Below, piece by piece: positions 20,501 to 28,732 of a stretch of 60,151 nucleotides of DNA. This DNA comes from an uncultured virus (IMG/VR IMGVR_UViG_3300037634_004692) (taxonomy: Duplodnaviria > Heunggongvirae > Uroviricota > Caudoviricetes): the IMG/VR virus record IMGVR_UViG_3300037634_004692; one strand, written 5' to 3'. Position 1 is the first letter of the stretch; each line of letters starts with the position of its first letter. Under the pieces are notes generated by a model. It was not told the DNA's origin and searched no databases. It worked only from the letters and a program-made list of their open reading frames with translations. A program made the position numbers and the translations under genes.

Positions 20501-23500
20501 TAGCTCGTTAAGAGTATCTAGTGCGCCAGGTGCTGAGTCAACCAATGCTGCTACTTTAGCATCTACTTCTGCTGATGTATCATAACCTGATAAGTCAACT
20601 GCTCGTTTAGTATCTATTTGTAGATCAGTACTGCTTAATGCCTTACCAACTTCAGTACTTGTAGCAGTTGAAGTAGTTGATAATGTACCATCATCTAATA
20701 CGTGATAAATTTCACCAACTGTTAGTCCTGATTGGTTAGTAGAAATACCACCATCTAGTATAATAGTTGCTGTTTCTCCGTCTGCATATGCACTTGTAGA
20801 TACACCAATAAAGTTATCTGATGTAAGATTGGTGGGTGACTGAATAAAAGTCTCAATCTCACCGACACAAGCTGTGCCGTACCAGTTATTACCTTGATCC
20901 TGATAACAAATTACAAACTTACCACTATTATTAGGGTCGAAGGCTACTGAGATGTCTTCGGTCTTCGCTGAGTTAAATACAGATTCAGAACCGAAGCTAA
21001 TACTCGTACCTGAAACAGTACCGACACAAGCTGTACCTTTATCTGAGTTATTACTATCCATATAAGTAACTACGAATTTACCAGAGTTATTTGGGTCAAA
21101 GGATGCTGAGATGTGTTTGGTTGGCGCTGAGTTAAATGTAGCTGCTGAACTAAAGCTAATACCCGTACCCAAAACAGTACCTACACAAGCTTTACCGTAA
21201 CCCCAACCGCCAACAGTAGCCTCATAACAAACAACAAACTGTCCAGCGTTATCAGGGTCAAAGGATGCTGAGATGTGGTTGGTATCCCCATAGTTGAATA
21301 CATACTCTGAACTAAAGCTAATACCCGTACCAGAAACAGTACCTGCAACCGCTGTACCGTAAGTACCATCCTTATAACAAACTACGAATTTACCAGCGTT
21401 ATTTGGGTCAAAGGATATTGAGATGTCGGCGCAACTCGTTGAATTAAATACAATCTCAGAACCAAAGCTGATGCTTGTACCTGAAACAGTACCGACACAA
21501 GCTTTACCTTTACTGGAATTACCACCACCCTGATAACAAACAACAAACTTGCCAGCATTATTAGGGTCAAAGGCTACTGAGATGTAGGAGGAATAATCAC
21601 CATATCCAACCGCTGAACCAAAGCTAATTGACGTACCACTTACTGTACCTACACGAGCCATACCGTAGCTAGAAGAATCACCTCTATATGTAACTACGAA
21701 TTTACCAGAGTTATTTGGGTCAAAGGCTACTGAGAAGTCGTCGGTCCACGATGAGCTAAATACAATCTCTGAGCCAAAACTTATGCTTGTACCTGTTACA
21801 GTACCGACACAAGCTGTGCCGTATTTATTATTCCCATCCCTATAACAAACTACGAATTTACCAGCGTTATTTGGGTCAAAGGCTATTGACATGTAGCTAG
21901 TATCTACTAATTTAAATACCGCCTCAGGACCAGCAGGAATACTTTCAGGGTAAGTTGTAACAACCCCACCAACAGCTTCTATCGTACCGTCTGCTTTAAG
22001 AACAACCGGTGCTCCGTCAGGCAGCGTACCACTTGCGACAAAATCATGATCTGATGAGCCAACTGCTTTAACTTTAGCATCTACTTCATCAGTAATTCCA
22101 TAACCAGCAAGTGTTGTTGGCTTGTTCTTAATATTAGCGTAATTTTGTACATCTTCGCCATCAAACAATAAACTGTTTCCTGCCGTTCTAAGAGTGTTAG
22201 CACCAATATACAAAGAATTGTCACTTAAGAACAAGTGTCTTACTTTCTTTTCTGCACTACCAATATCATATGTAGCATTTGTATCTGGTAATAAATGAAA
22301 GTCCCATCCACCACTTAGATATGTTAAAACATCACTGTCGCTATAACTACCACTTGAACCTGAGGCATTAGCTACTTTAGCATCTACTTCTGCTGATGTA
22401 TCATAGTTTGAGAAATCAACTGCTGCTACTGCGGTATCTACATAACTAGTTGTTGCTTTTGTTGCCATTGCAGTTGTTACCGCCGCCACATAGTTGGCAT
22501 CATCACCAATTGCTGCTGCTAGCTCATTTAATGTATCTAGTGCGCCAGGTGCTGAGTCAACCAATGCTGCTACTTTAGCATCTACTTCTGCTGATGTATC
22601 ATAACCTGATAAGTCAACTGCTGCTACTTTAGCATCTACTTCTGCTGATGTATCATAACCTGATAAGTCAACTGCTCGTTTAGTATCTATTTGTAGATCA
22701 GTACTGCTTAATGCCTTACCAACTTCTGAACTTGTAGCAGTTGAAGTAGTTGATAATGAACCATCGTCTAATACATGATAAATTTCACCTGGTGTTAAAC
22801 CAACTTGGTTAGTAGAAATACCACCATCTAGTGTAATGGTTGCTGTTTCTCCGTCTACATATGCACTTGTAGATACACCAATAAAGTTATCTGCGGTAAG
22901 ATTGGTGTTTGACGTTTGAAGGTATGGAATTTGTCCGAGAAAAACTGTACCTTCACCATTATCGCCCATATAACCAGCGACATACTTGCCACCGCCATTG
23001 GGGTCAAATGTTACTGCTGTGTAAGGGGTATTCGCTGATCTAAATACCACTGGTGCAGTAAAGGTGATTGCCGTGCCAGATAACGTACCGACAACCATCG
23101 TGCCGTAATCGTTGTTAGTTTTATCTCTATATGTAATTATAAATTTACCTTCTATGTCAGGGCTAAAGGATGCTGACACATAATCAAACCACCCGTCAGC
23201 CCATGGTACCGGCGCACTAACAATATTGATCGTCGTGCCAGATAACGTACCTATGACAACTTGTCCACCTCTTCCTGCACTGTTTTCGCTATCACCATCG
23301 CTATAACAGATTATAAATTTACTGCTATCGGTAGGATCAAAGAATAGCTGACTATAAATATTAGCACCGTTATGAGTACTATCAAATGCAACCTCACTAC
23401 CAAAGCTAATAGACGTACCTGATACCACGCCAGCAATTACTGTAGGGCGATATGAATTTCCATAATCTACCCAATGAGTAAGGAATGTACCGTCATTATT

Positions 23501-25030
23501 GGGTGAAAATGTTATATTGGTCATGGGTAAAGTATGCCCGTAATTATATATTACAGCTGAACCAAAACTAATACTCGTACCTGAAACAGTACCTACACGA
23601 GCTGTACCGTAATCGGAATTAGTATCATCCTTATAACAAACAACAAATTTGCCTGGAGTACTAGGGTCAAAACCTATTATCGGCATCACTGTATCGCTTG
23701 CGCAAAATGTATACTCAGAACCCACTGTAATCGTCGTGCCAGACACAGTACCTGCAATAGCTGTACCCCTGTCAGGTGAGCCGTAACCAGAATCACGCGT
23801 ATAAATAAGTACAAAATCACCAGCGCCATTGGGGTCAAATGCAATGCGAGGATGCTCATCTGACTTAACGCCAGAAATCTCCACTGAAGAAGCAAAAGTA
23901 ATTATATTTCCAGCGATTGTGCCAACACATAAGTTTACACTACTAGGATTCGTATAAGAAACAATAAACGTGTTAGCATTGTTTGGTACAAAAGCTATTT
24001 CAATTGAATAAGATGTACTATTTCCACAAAAAACAGTTTCATTACCTTGTGATGCCGGGATAGTAGTTGATCCACCACCAGCAAAGCTAATAGTACCGTC
24101 TGTATTAAGAACAACCGGTGCTCCGTTAGGCAGTGTACCACTTGCGACAAAATCATGATCTGATGAACTTGATGAGCCACTTGAGGCATTAGCTACTTTA
24201 GCATCTACTTCTGCTGATGTATCATAACCTGATAAGTCAACTGCTGCTACTTTAGCATCTACTTCTGCTGATGTATCATAACCTGATAAGTCAACTGAGC
24301 CAGAACCGATTGCGCTATATGCAGCACCATCGTTTGTGTATTCCCATTGGTCAGAAGCTTCATTCCAACGAATTTGTACATCAGCATCATCACCACGCTT
24401 AACTTTAAGGCCAGCATTTTCAGTTGGCGAACCCGATGTAAAGTTAGAGTTCAAGTCAATAATGTTATCAGCAAGCGAAATTGTTTCACTATTTACTGTA
24501 GTTGTTGTACCAGATACTGTCAAGTTACCAGATACTGTTAAGTCAGCAGCTGATATATTATTGCCAGCATCCAGCGCAGCAACAACTTGTGAATCAACAT
24601 AATTTTTGTTGGCTGCATCAGTGCCTAGTAATGGGCTACCTAGTTCACGAACTAAACTAGTATTCATATCAATATTTGTACCAATGTTTAAGTCACCAGT
24701 GCCTGCGTTAACCTCGCCCATTAATTGAATACCGTTATCTGAACTTAATTGCAAACTACCAGTACCAGATGTTTGAGTTAATAAACTCTGGTTTGCATCT
24801 GCCTGTACTGTAATTGTACCGTTATTAGATTCAATGACTTTTTGTCCATCAATATATAAAGAACCTTTTGATAGGTATAAATCACGCCATTTTTTATTTG
24901 GGGCTCCCAAATCTTGTCCTATAATACCATCTGAATCTATAGTAGGTATCATATGTTCCACGATACCTGATAAATCAATATTTGATCCGCCTGTATCTTT
25001 ATATCTTATATTTTTATATTTTCTACTCAT
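14546..25030 (-). CDS. Giant modular fibre protein (3494 aa): NIRY peptide, five propeller modules separated by helical stalks, gp9/gp10-like C-terminal domain
   Basis: LVDSAPGALDTLNELAAA(L/I)GDDA tail-fibre motif x5; VDLSGYDTSAEVDAKVAA repeats; FDPN blade repeats. Confidence 0.85.
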   Translation of the reverse strand: MSRKYKNIRYKDTGGSNIDLSGIVEHMIPTIDSDGIIGQDLGAPNKKWRDLYLSKGSLYIDGQKVIESNNGTITVQADANQSLLTQTSGTGSLQLSSDNGIQLMGEVNAGTGDLNIGTNIDMNTSLVRELGSPLLGTDAANKNYVDSQVVAALDAGNNISAADLTVSGNLTVSGTTTTVNSETISLADNIIDLNSNFTSGSPTENAGLKVKRGDDADVQIRWNEASDQWEYTNDGAAYSAIGSGSVDLSGYDTSAEVDAKVAAVDLSGYDTSAEVDAKVANASSGSSSSSDHDFVASGTLPNGAPVVLNTDGTISFAGGGSTTIPASQGNETVFCGNSTSYSIEIAFVPNNANTFIVSYTNPSSVNLCVGTIAGNIITFASSVEISGVKSDEHPRIAFDPNGAGDFVLIYTRDSGYGSPDRGTAIAGTVSGTTITVGSEYTFCASDTVMPIIGFDPSTPGKFVVCYKDDTNSDYGTARVGTVSGTSISFGSAVIYNYGHTLPMTNITFSPNNDGTFLTHWVDYGNSYRPTVIAGVVSGTSISFGSEVAFDSTHNGANIYSQLFFDPTDSSKFIICYSDGDSENSAGRGGQVVIGTLSGTTINIVSAPVPWADGWFDYVSASFSPDIEGKFIITYRDKTNNDYGTMVVGTLSGTAITFTAPVVFRSANTPYTAVTFDPNGGGKYVAGYMGDNGEGTVFLGQIPYLQTSNTNLTADNFIGVSTSAYVDGETATITLDGGISTNQVGLTPGEIYHVLDDGSLSTTSTATSSEVGKALSSTDLQIDTKRAVDLSGYDTSAEVDAKVAAVDLSGYDTSAEVDAKVAALVDSAPGALDTLNELAAAIGDDANYVAAVTTAMATKATTSYVDTAVAAVDFSNYDTSAEVDAKVANASGSSGSYSDSDVLTYLSGGWDFHLLPDTNATYDIGSAEKKVRHLFLSDNSLYIGANTLRTAGNSLLFDGEDVQNYANIKNKPTTLAGYGITDEVDAKVKAVGSSDHDFVASGTLPDGAPVVLKADGTIEAVGGVVTTYPESIPAGPEAVFKLVDTSYMSIAFDPNNAGKFVVCYRDGNNKYGTACVGTVTGTSISFGSEIVFSSSWTDDFSVAFDPNNSGKFVVTYRGDSSSYGMARVGTVSGTSISFGSAVGYGDYSSYISVAFDPNNAGKFVVCYQGGGNSSKGKACVGTVSGTSISFGSEIVFNSTSCADISISFDPNNAGKFVVCYKDGTYGTAVAGTVSGTGISFSSEYVFNYGDTNHISASFDPDNAGQFVVCYEATVGGWGYGKACVGTVLGTGISFSSAATFNSAPTKHISASFDPNNSGKFVVTYMDSNNSDKGTACVGTVSGTSISFGSESVFNSAKTEDISVAFDPNNSGKFVICYQDQGNNWYGTACVGEIETFIQSPTNLTSDNFIGVSTSAYADGETATIILDGGISTNQSGLTVGEIYHVLDDGTLSTTSTATSTEVGKALSSTDLQIDTKRAVDLSGYDTSAEVDAKVAALVDSAPGALDTLNELAAALGDDADYAASVATTMATKATTGYVDDAVAAVDLSGYDTSAEVDAKVANASGGSSDHDFVASGTLPNGAPVVLKADGTIEAVGEVPTGVTIAAAIPLGSIVDSTTTSSGNTNAGLAGDPSTDNLFAQVYMGSNYPEIHLRTGTTDASGAITWGDSVLLGSGGGDHNIAFNPNVPGQFLVTWYDQNDNYYPKVSVCQITGSTVSIESTTTVANTNQMTQIKFDPNTPGEFVLMYSDYPNGYVIPCNISGTTVTIGTPFIFDSDNCQDLHIAFDPHTAGRMAICWVSSSTKSRVVIVNRSGSSMSVGTFIQYEPYLMHASAIEFDPQVADRFVIAGKGWHTYGGSSMYSYAVLCSVSGTTITVDNKVTVTGGNSGSLFNIVFSEDASNINTFSMMYYANTDGTGKVRYRKCTITNNAIVMDAETTIGSITTATSMWAVPLTTTQIALVYYESTYKAIVLEFGGAGSPESNLDADNFIGVSTSAYADGETATITLDGGISTNQSGLTVGSTYHVLDDGTLSTTSTATSSEVGKALSSTDLQIDTKRAVDLSSYDTSAEVDAKVAAVDLSSYDTSAEVDAKVAAVDFSNYDTSAEVDAKVAALVDSAPGALDTLNELAAALGDDADYAASVATTMATKATTGYVDDAVAAVDFSNYDTSTEVDAKVANASSGSSSSSDHDFVASGTLPDGAPVVLNIDGTISFAGGTQTIYAESIPAGSETVFNSGNSDYMSAAFDPNTAGQFVVCYMDGGNSAYGTACVGTVSGTNISFGSEVVFNVAGTYSMSVAFDPNTAGKFVVCYNDNNYSGKAIVGTVSGTSISFGSEVVFNSGVTNYISASFDPNDSGKFVVCYNDSDNSNYNTAIVGTVSGTSISFGSEVIFNSARNFGMSVAFDPNTAGKFVVCSAETTSAHGKAYVGTVSGTSISFGSEVVFNYGGTAYISVVFDPNTAGKFVVCFADTSNGYCGKMSVGTIYGTTISFGPQNVFNSGTAYYISVAFDPNDSSKLVVCYRDAGNSSYGTARVGTVSGTSISFDSEILFNAAASDNNLVTFDPNNAGKFVVCYADGGNSNYGTAFVGQLAAIIQSNTKLTSDNFIGVSTSAYVDGETATITLDGGISTNQSGLTVGEIYHVLDDGSLSTTSTATSTEVGKALSSTDLQIDTKRAVDLSGYDTSAEVDAKVAAVDFSNYDTSAEVDAKVAALVDSAPGALDTLNELAAALGDDADYAASVATTMATKATTGYVDDAVAAVDLSGYDTSAEVDAKVANASGGYSETFTAPDTMTVGMPVQYTSEGGIELIESTPIPNSIGTNTFAELPDQWVGNYGTGYEYLIGTAVDPNNPNRFAIVYEASSNMTGSNNESKIVIGNVDSSNNITYGTPTTYSPHDQSLHSIRPQVSWCGTSDRIAIRTCSNPPVNSLIICEVSGVDTVTSNSTMNLGSGWQFGDMAFVPGLPNHILLTRRDATEFELIELTSNTTFVTKATASNRASSSGNAVECWFDFFPNDGLKFIAVAGVVNAQAITYVGEISATGDSISLGASTNFGAETMGGYVRLTNIKFKSGTSDTFVVCTQGTTDYQKIDMSVGQISGTTVTMSAPVTYQANGDYQTDMQNDRIFFNPNDTNEVIVIENGYYHTLSIEGNVPVVIETVDPAPNGWKWGLQLGSGKFIFISWKWWSGGSYQPVSLTVNTWGGPGASNLDSTAILGIVTNAASVGENVTVVTNGLASGLTGLTAGEIYHVKGDGTLSTTSTATSVRIGKALSSTDLQIDNNYAVDLSGYDTSAEVDAKVAAVDLSGYDTSAEVDAKVAAVDLSGYDTSAEVDAKVAAVDLSGYDTSAEVDAKVAALVDSAPGALDTLNELAAALGDDANYAASVATTMATKATTSYVDTAVAAHAPTWSEITTSTTVTANSRNLVDTSVGSITITLPANPTLGDEVTFIDASGYAATNNITVDSNGEKIQGETGDLLINVNRAAFQVVYHNVANGWVLMEV
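14986..15205 (-). repeat. 54-bp tandem repeat x4 (VDLSGYDTSAEVDAKVAA); more copies near 16.7-17.0, 18.5-18.9, 20.3-20.6, 22.4-22.7 and 24.2-24.3 kb
   Basis: GCTGCTACTTTAGCATCTACTTCTGCTGATGTATCATAACCTGATAAGTCAACT visibly repeated. Confidence 0.9.
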
Positions 25031-25034
25031 GTTC

Positions 25035-25442
25035 TTAAATCTCCATTAATAGCCAACCATTGGCTGCATTGTAATAAACTAATGAAAATGCTGCTCGATC
25101 TGTTTCAATAACTAGATCAGTTGCATCGCCTTGTATATTATTACCATTTCCGTTAATAGTGATATTATTAGTTGAGGCATTCCCGTCGCCGTCAATGATT
25201 CTAACTTCATCACCAAATACAGGACCGGCAGGCATTGTCATTGTGATTGCACCTGTGGCTGTATTAATTACATGTTTTGTATTTGAATCGACCGTTGCGC
25301 TTACTGCCAATTCACTCCATGCTGCAAAATTAATGACAGTACTGCCCATCATTAAGTTGCCAACGATCTGCAGATCGCCATCTATGACTGAATTATCTGA
25401 TGTTTCAAAACCACCATCAATCATGAACTTTCTTTGTGCCAT
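25035..25442 (-). CDS. Anchor/adaptor protein, cassette A (135 aa)
   Basis: MAQRKFMIDGGF N-terminus and gp9/gp10-like C-terminal domain; divergent paralogue; AAGGAG RBS. Confidence 0.8.
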   Translation of the reverse strand: MAQRKFMIDGGFETSDNSVIDGDLQIVGNLMMGSTVINFAAWSELAVSATVDSNTKHVINTATGAITMTMPAGPVFGDEVRIIDGDGNASTNNITINGNGNNIQGDATDLVIETDRAAFSLVYYNAANGWLLMEI

Positions 25443-25683
25443 ATTATTTTTCTCCTTTTCTGTAACAGAAACTAATATGATTATTAGTTTAGACTAAGCC
25501 AATTTTGTATATTTCTAGAAAATATTCAGCTTGGTCCATTGGTATTTATTGTGATCGCACCCAATTTAAACACTAGTTACTTAGCAAGTTTAATAAATAA
25601 GATTGACATTATGCTGTGAAATTGTTATACTTTACGATTATATGACTGTAAAATAATTAAATCAAGAAAATATCCAGGAGTGG

Positions 25684-25727
25684 TTGACAATCAATACGTC
25701 TTACTGTATCATATAAGTATAAGTTAA
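25684..25727 (+). promoter_or_regulatory. Sigma70-type early promoter, conserved-spacer family copy 1
   Basis: TTGACA-17 bp-TATCAT; spacer ATCAATACGTCTTACTG nearly shared with 27214, 51014, 52989. Confidence 0.8.
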
Positions 25728-25745
25728 TTAAAAAGGTATGCAGTT

Positions 25746-26180
25746 ATGTTTCAATTAATTACTAAGAAGTTCGGTCATTATATGGGCACTTTTAATTTTC
25801 GTGAAGAGGCGGAAGCTAAAGCAGCTCAGCAATGGCATACAGAATTTGATATCATTGAATTCACCCCAAAGTATGCAAATGAGTGTTTGTATACTGACGT
25901 TAACCCATTTGAAATTGTTAAAAAGATTTCAGACCTAACTTATGAAATCCGTCAAATGAAGTGTGAGCGTGATCCATCATTTAAGCCAGAGGTTTTGGTT
26001 GGAGGATTTTCAGGTCATACAGTTAATCAAAACGATCAGAAATGGTTTATCACTTCAGACGAAACTCGTCCGGTTTTCCGCATCCGTTACTCAAGAGCAA
26101 AAGGTGATTTCTTTAGCAAACATGGCGGTCGATTCTCAATGTCAGCAGAGCCAGTCAAATTTTACGATTATAACTTTTAA
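25746..26180 (+). CDS. Hypothetical early protein
   Basis: ORF directly after the early promoter, AAGGT RBS. Confidence 0.7.
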   Translation: MFQLITKKFGHYMGTFNFREEAEAKAAQQWHTEFDIIEFTPKYANECLYTDVNPFEIVKKISDLTYEIRQMKCERDPSFKPEVLVGGFSGHTVNQNDQKWFITSDETRPVFRIRYSRAKGDFFSKHGGRFSMSAEPVKFYDYNF

Positions 26181-26258
26181 AAATAAATGTGTTAGAATGC
26201 TGCCGACATCATGTCGGCAGTTTTGTATATAAATACCTTAAACAAGAGGTGTTATTAT

Positions 26259-26474
26259 ATGAGTAAAGATAAAGGTATTATCTTAGATTTAAATGATATT
26301 TATGAACACAGGGAATTAAAAGAAAAAGAGCTACATTATTATAATGCTGAATTAAAAAAATTGAAGCTTAGAATGTCAATAGTGGCTCGAGATATTGATC
26401 TGACACAAACTATTATAGATATGATAGAACAAGAGAAAGTTGTAGATATAAAGCAATTAGTAAGGAAAAAATAA
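26259..26474 (+). CDS. Hypothetical coiled-coil protein
   Basis: GAGGT RBS before ATG 26259; TATAAATA upstream. Confidence 0.6.
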   Translation: MSKDKGIILDLNDIYEHRELKEKELHYYNAELKKLKLRMSIVARDIDLTQTIIDMIEQEKVVDIKQLVRKK

Positions 26475-26595
26475 TTATTAATGAGTAAATTTTTAGAATT
26501 TAAAGAAAAAATAAAGTTGTATGTATTTAAAGATGAAAATGCGTTTAAGCATCAATTAGCGACAAAAAACCACTGGGATTAACTAAATATAGTAT

Positions 26596-27108
26596 ATGAA
26601 AGAATACATTGTAAAACATAACGTTAACATATTTCTGGCTAGTTTATTGTCTAGCGTAATATTGTTCGTTGGATTAATGGTACATGCACATATAGTGCTA
26701 ACAACATCATCTCCAATGCAAAATTTTAAAGGCAGGGTTGCAAATATTGTTTTATCATCAAGTACAAGTTTAGAAGCATGGGGTTCATTTGATCGTGATA
26801 TTATGTGTGTTCAAACAGACTTTAAAATTTACTTAGAAAACGTCGAAACCAATGACATTATTGTATTAACCAATAAACATTTACTTACTCAGCCGCCACA
26901 GGCTGTGAAACCTGGAATTGGCCTTCCTATTTACATAGAACTAAAAATCCCTAATAATCTTACAGTTGGCAATTGGGCTCCTACTTTTGAGGGACAATAC
27001 ATTTGCAAAAAAGGAATATTTACGGAAATGAAAACACAATCCATCCAAGCACCAATTATGCAAGTGAAAGAATCAGTAGTGCATTATGGACACCCAATGG
27101 CATTATGA
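26596..27108 (+). CDS. Hypothetical protein with N-terminal membrane anchor
   Basis: Hydrophobic stretch IFLASLLSSVILFVGLMV. Confidence 0.6.
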   Translation: MKEYIVKHNVNIFLASLLSSVILFVGLMVHAHIVLTTSSPMQNFKGRVANIVLSSSTSLEAWGSFDRDIMCVQTDFKIYLENVETNDIIVLTNKHLLTQPPQAVKPGIGLPIYIELKIPNNLTVGNWAPTFEGQYICKKGIFTEMKTQSIQAPIMQVKESVVHYGHPMAL

Positions 27109-27213
27109 GAAAATTACAAATTGAAACCACAGGAGCCTTTCCAGCTACTCTAATTAATCAACTTGATCAGTTACAAGAAAAATTAAATTAATCCCAATCA
27201 TTTCAAAAAAGCA

Positions 27214-27257
27214 TTGACTACCAATGCGTCTTACTGTATACTATATGAGTAAGTTAA
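27214..27257 (+). promoter_or_regulatory. Early promoter, conserved-spacer family copy 2
   Basis: TTGACT-ACCAATGCGTCTTACTG-TATACT. Confidence 0.8.
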
Positions 27258-27277
27258 ATTAATAAGGAAACAACGAC

Positions 27278-27691
27278 ATGGCATATATTACACAAGCTGA
27301 TAAGAAAGAACTTGCGCCAGCAATTAAAGCAGTCTTTAAAAAGTATGGTGTAAAAGGCTCTATTGGCATTAATCATCATTCAACATTAGTTATCAATCTT
27401 AAAGAAGGTATTGTTGATTTCATTAGTATAGAAAATCAACGCCGCAAAGAACGCGCAGAGCGCAATATGCAGACATTTTATCCCATTACAGATAATTATT
27501 ATCAGGCTAATGAATTTTATGCTGATGAAGAACCTGGTATAATTGGTGAATTTTTTAGTGAGCTTATTGCAGCAATGAAAGGCCAGAAATGGTATGATAA
27601 CTCAGATTCAATGATAGATTATTTTGATACTGCATACTACTTGAATATTAACGTAGGCAAGTGGAACAAGCCTTATATTTGTACTGCATAA
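27278..27691 (+). CDS. Hypothetical phage early protein
   Basis: AAGGA RBS; DNSDSMIDYFD...INVGKWNKPY C-terminus. Confidence 0.7.
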   Translation: MAYITQADKKELAPAIKAVFKKYGVKGSIGINHHSTLVINLKEGIVDFISIENQRRKERAERNMQTFYPITDNYYQANEFYADEEPGIIGEFFSELIAAMKGQKWYDNSDSMIDYFDTAYYLNINVGKWNKPYICTA

Positions 27692-27700
27692 GGATTTTAG

Positions 27701-27901
27701 ATGACAACCCCACAGGATATTAATTACGGATTAGATGACACTGATATTGTACTAATCCATTGGGCATATAGATTTTCAAAATCTCTCGGATTAGATGGAG
27801 ACGAAATTGTTACTGAGATGACTTCTGGCGATATTAACCATCTAGTATTAACGTTTAATAAGTATTTTGGTGATATTGCCCCTCTTGAAATAGAAGAATA
27901 A
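27701..27901 (+). CDS. Hypothetical protein
   Basis: AAGGA RBS, co-oriented with upstream gene. Confidence 0.6.
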   Translation: MTTPQDINYGLDDTDIVLIHWAYRFSKSLGLDGDEIVTEMTSGDINHLVLTFNKYFGDIAPLEIEE

Positions 27902-28070
27902 ACGGATGACAGATATAAAATGACAGAAATATATTTCATAGAAGACTAGACATGGTAGATATAATCATGTATAATATAATTTTTTGGAGTATATGGTTCA
28001 TGTTGGGCGATATATTCAACACAATAATACTCAGTAGCATTAAACATTATAAAGGCAGAGGTAAAGAATA

Positions 28071-28658
28071 ATGACATTAGTACCAATGGTAGTTGAACAA
28101 TCAGGGCGAGGCGAGCGCAGTTACGACATTTATAGTCGTCTACTTAAAGACCGTATTGTTATGTTAACTGGAGAAGTAAATGATATGAGTGCAAATTTAG
28201 TAGTTGCACAAATGCTTTTTCTAGAGTCACAAAACAGTGCAGAAGATATTAATTTCTATATCAACTCTCCCGGCGGCGCAGTAACCGCAGGCTTGAGTAT
28301 CTATGATACCATGCAATATATTAAAAGTCCAATTAGTACTATTGTAATGGGTCAAGCATGTAGCATGGGATCATTTCTTGCAATGGCAGGAGAACCTGGT
28401 AAACGGTTTGTGTTGCCAAATAGCCGTACAATGATTCACCAACCTAGCGGTGGTGCAGGGGGACAAGCCACAGATATGCAAATTCAGGTTAATGAAATCA
28501 TAAAAATGAAAAAACAATTAACTGAAGCATATGTGACACATAACAGTGCAAAGAAAACATATGAAGAACTTGAAGCTGCAATGGAACGTGACAACTTCAT
28601 GTCAGCAGCAGAAGCAGTTGAATTTGGTTTAGCAGATAAAGTAGTATCAAGGAAATAA
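28071..28658 (+). CDS. clpP: ATP-dependent Clp protease proteolytic subunit
   Basis: [28 protein letters not shown]; catalytic motifs ACSMG, IHQP, RDNFM. Confidence 0.97.
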   Translation: MTLVPMVVEQSGRGERSYDIYSRLLKDRIVMLTGEVNDMSANLVVAQMLFLESQNSAEDINFYINSPGGAVTAGLSIYDTMQYIKSPISTIVMGQACSMGSFLAMAGEPGKRFVLPNSRTMIHQPSGGAGGQATDMQIQVNEIIKMKKQLTEAYVTHNSAKKTYEELEAAMERDNFMSAAEAVEFGLADKVVSRK

Positions 28659-28732
28659 AAATTTATACAAATAATAATTAGCTATTTGATTTTTTTAATA
28701 AATACTATTATTATACAGAGGGACAATTCAAA

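Noticed and set aside
172..25442. Diversity-generating retroelement or invertase shufflon acting on the fibre genes
   Set aside because: No reverse transcriptase or recombinase ORF in the window, the repeats are direct, and I saw no repeat pair with adenine-restricted differences
828..25497. Many short antisense and alternate-frame ORFs in the track
   Set aside because: Shadows of repetitive fibre genes; no RBS or protein-like signature
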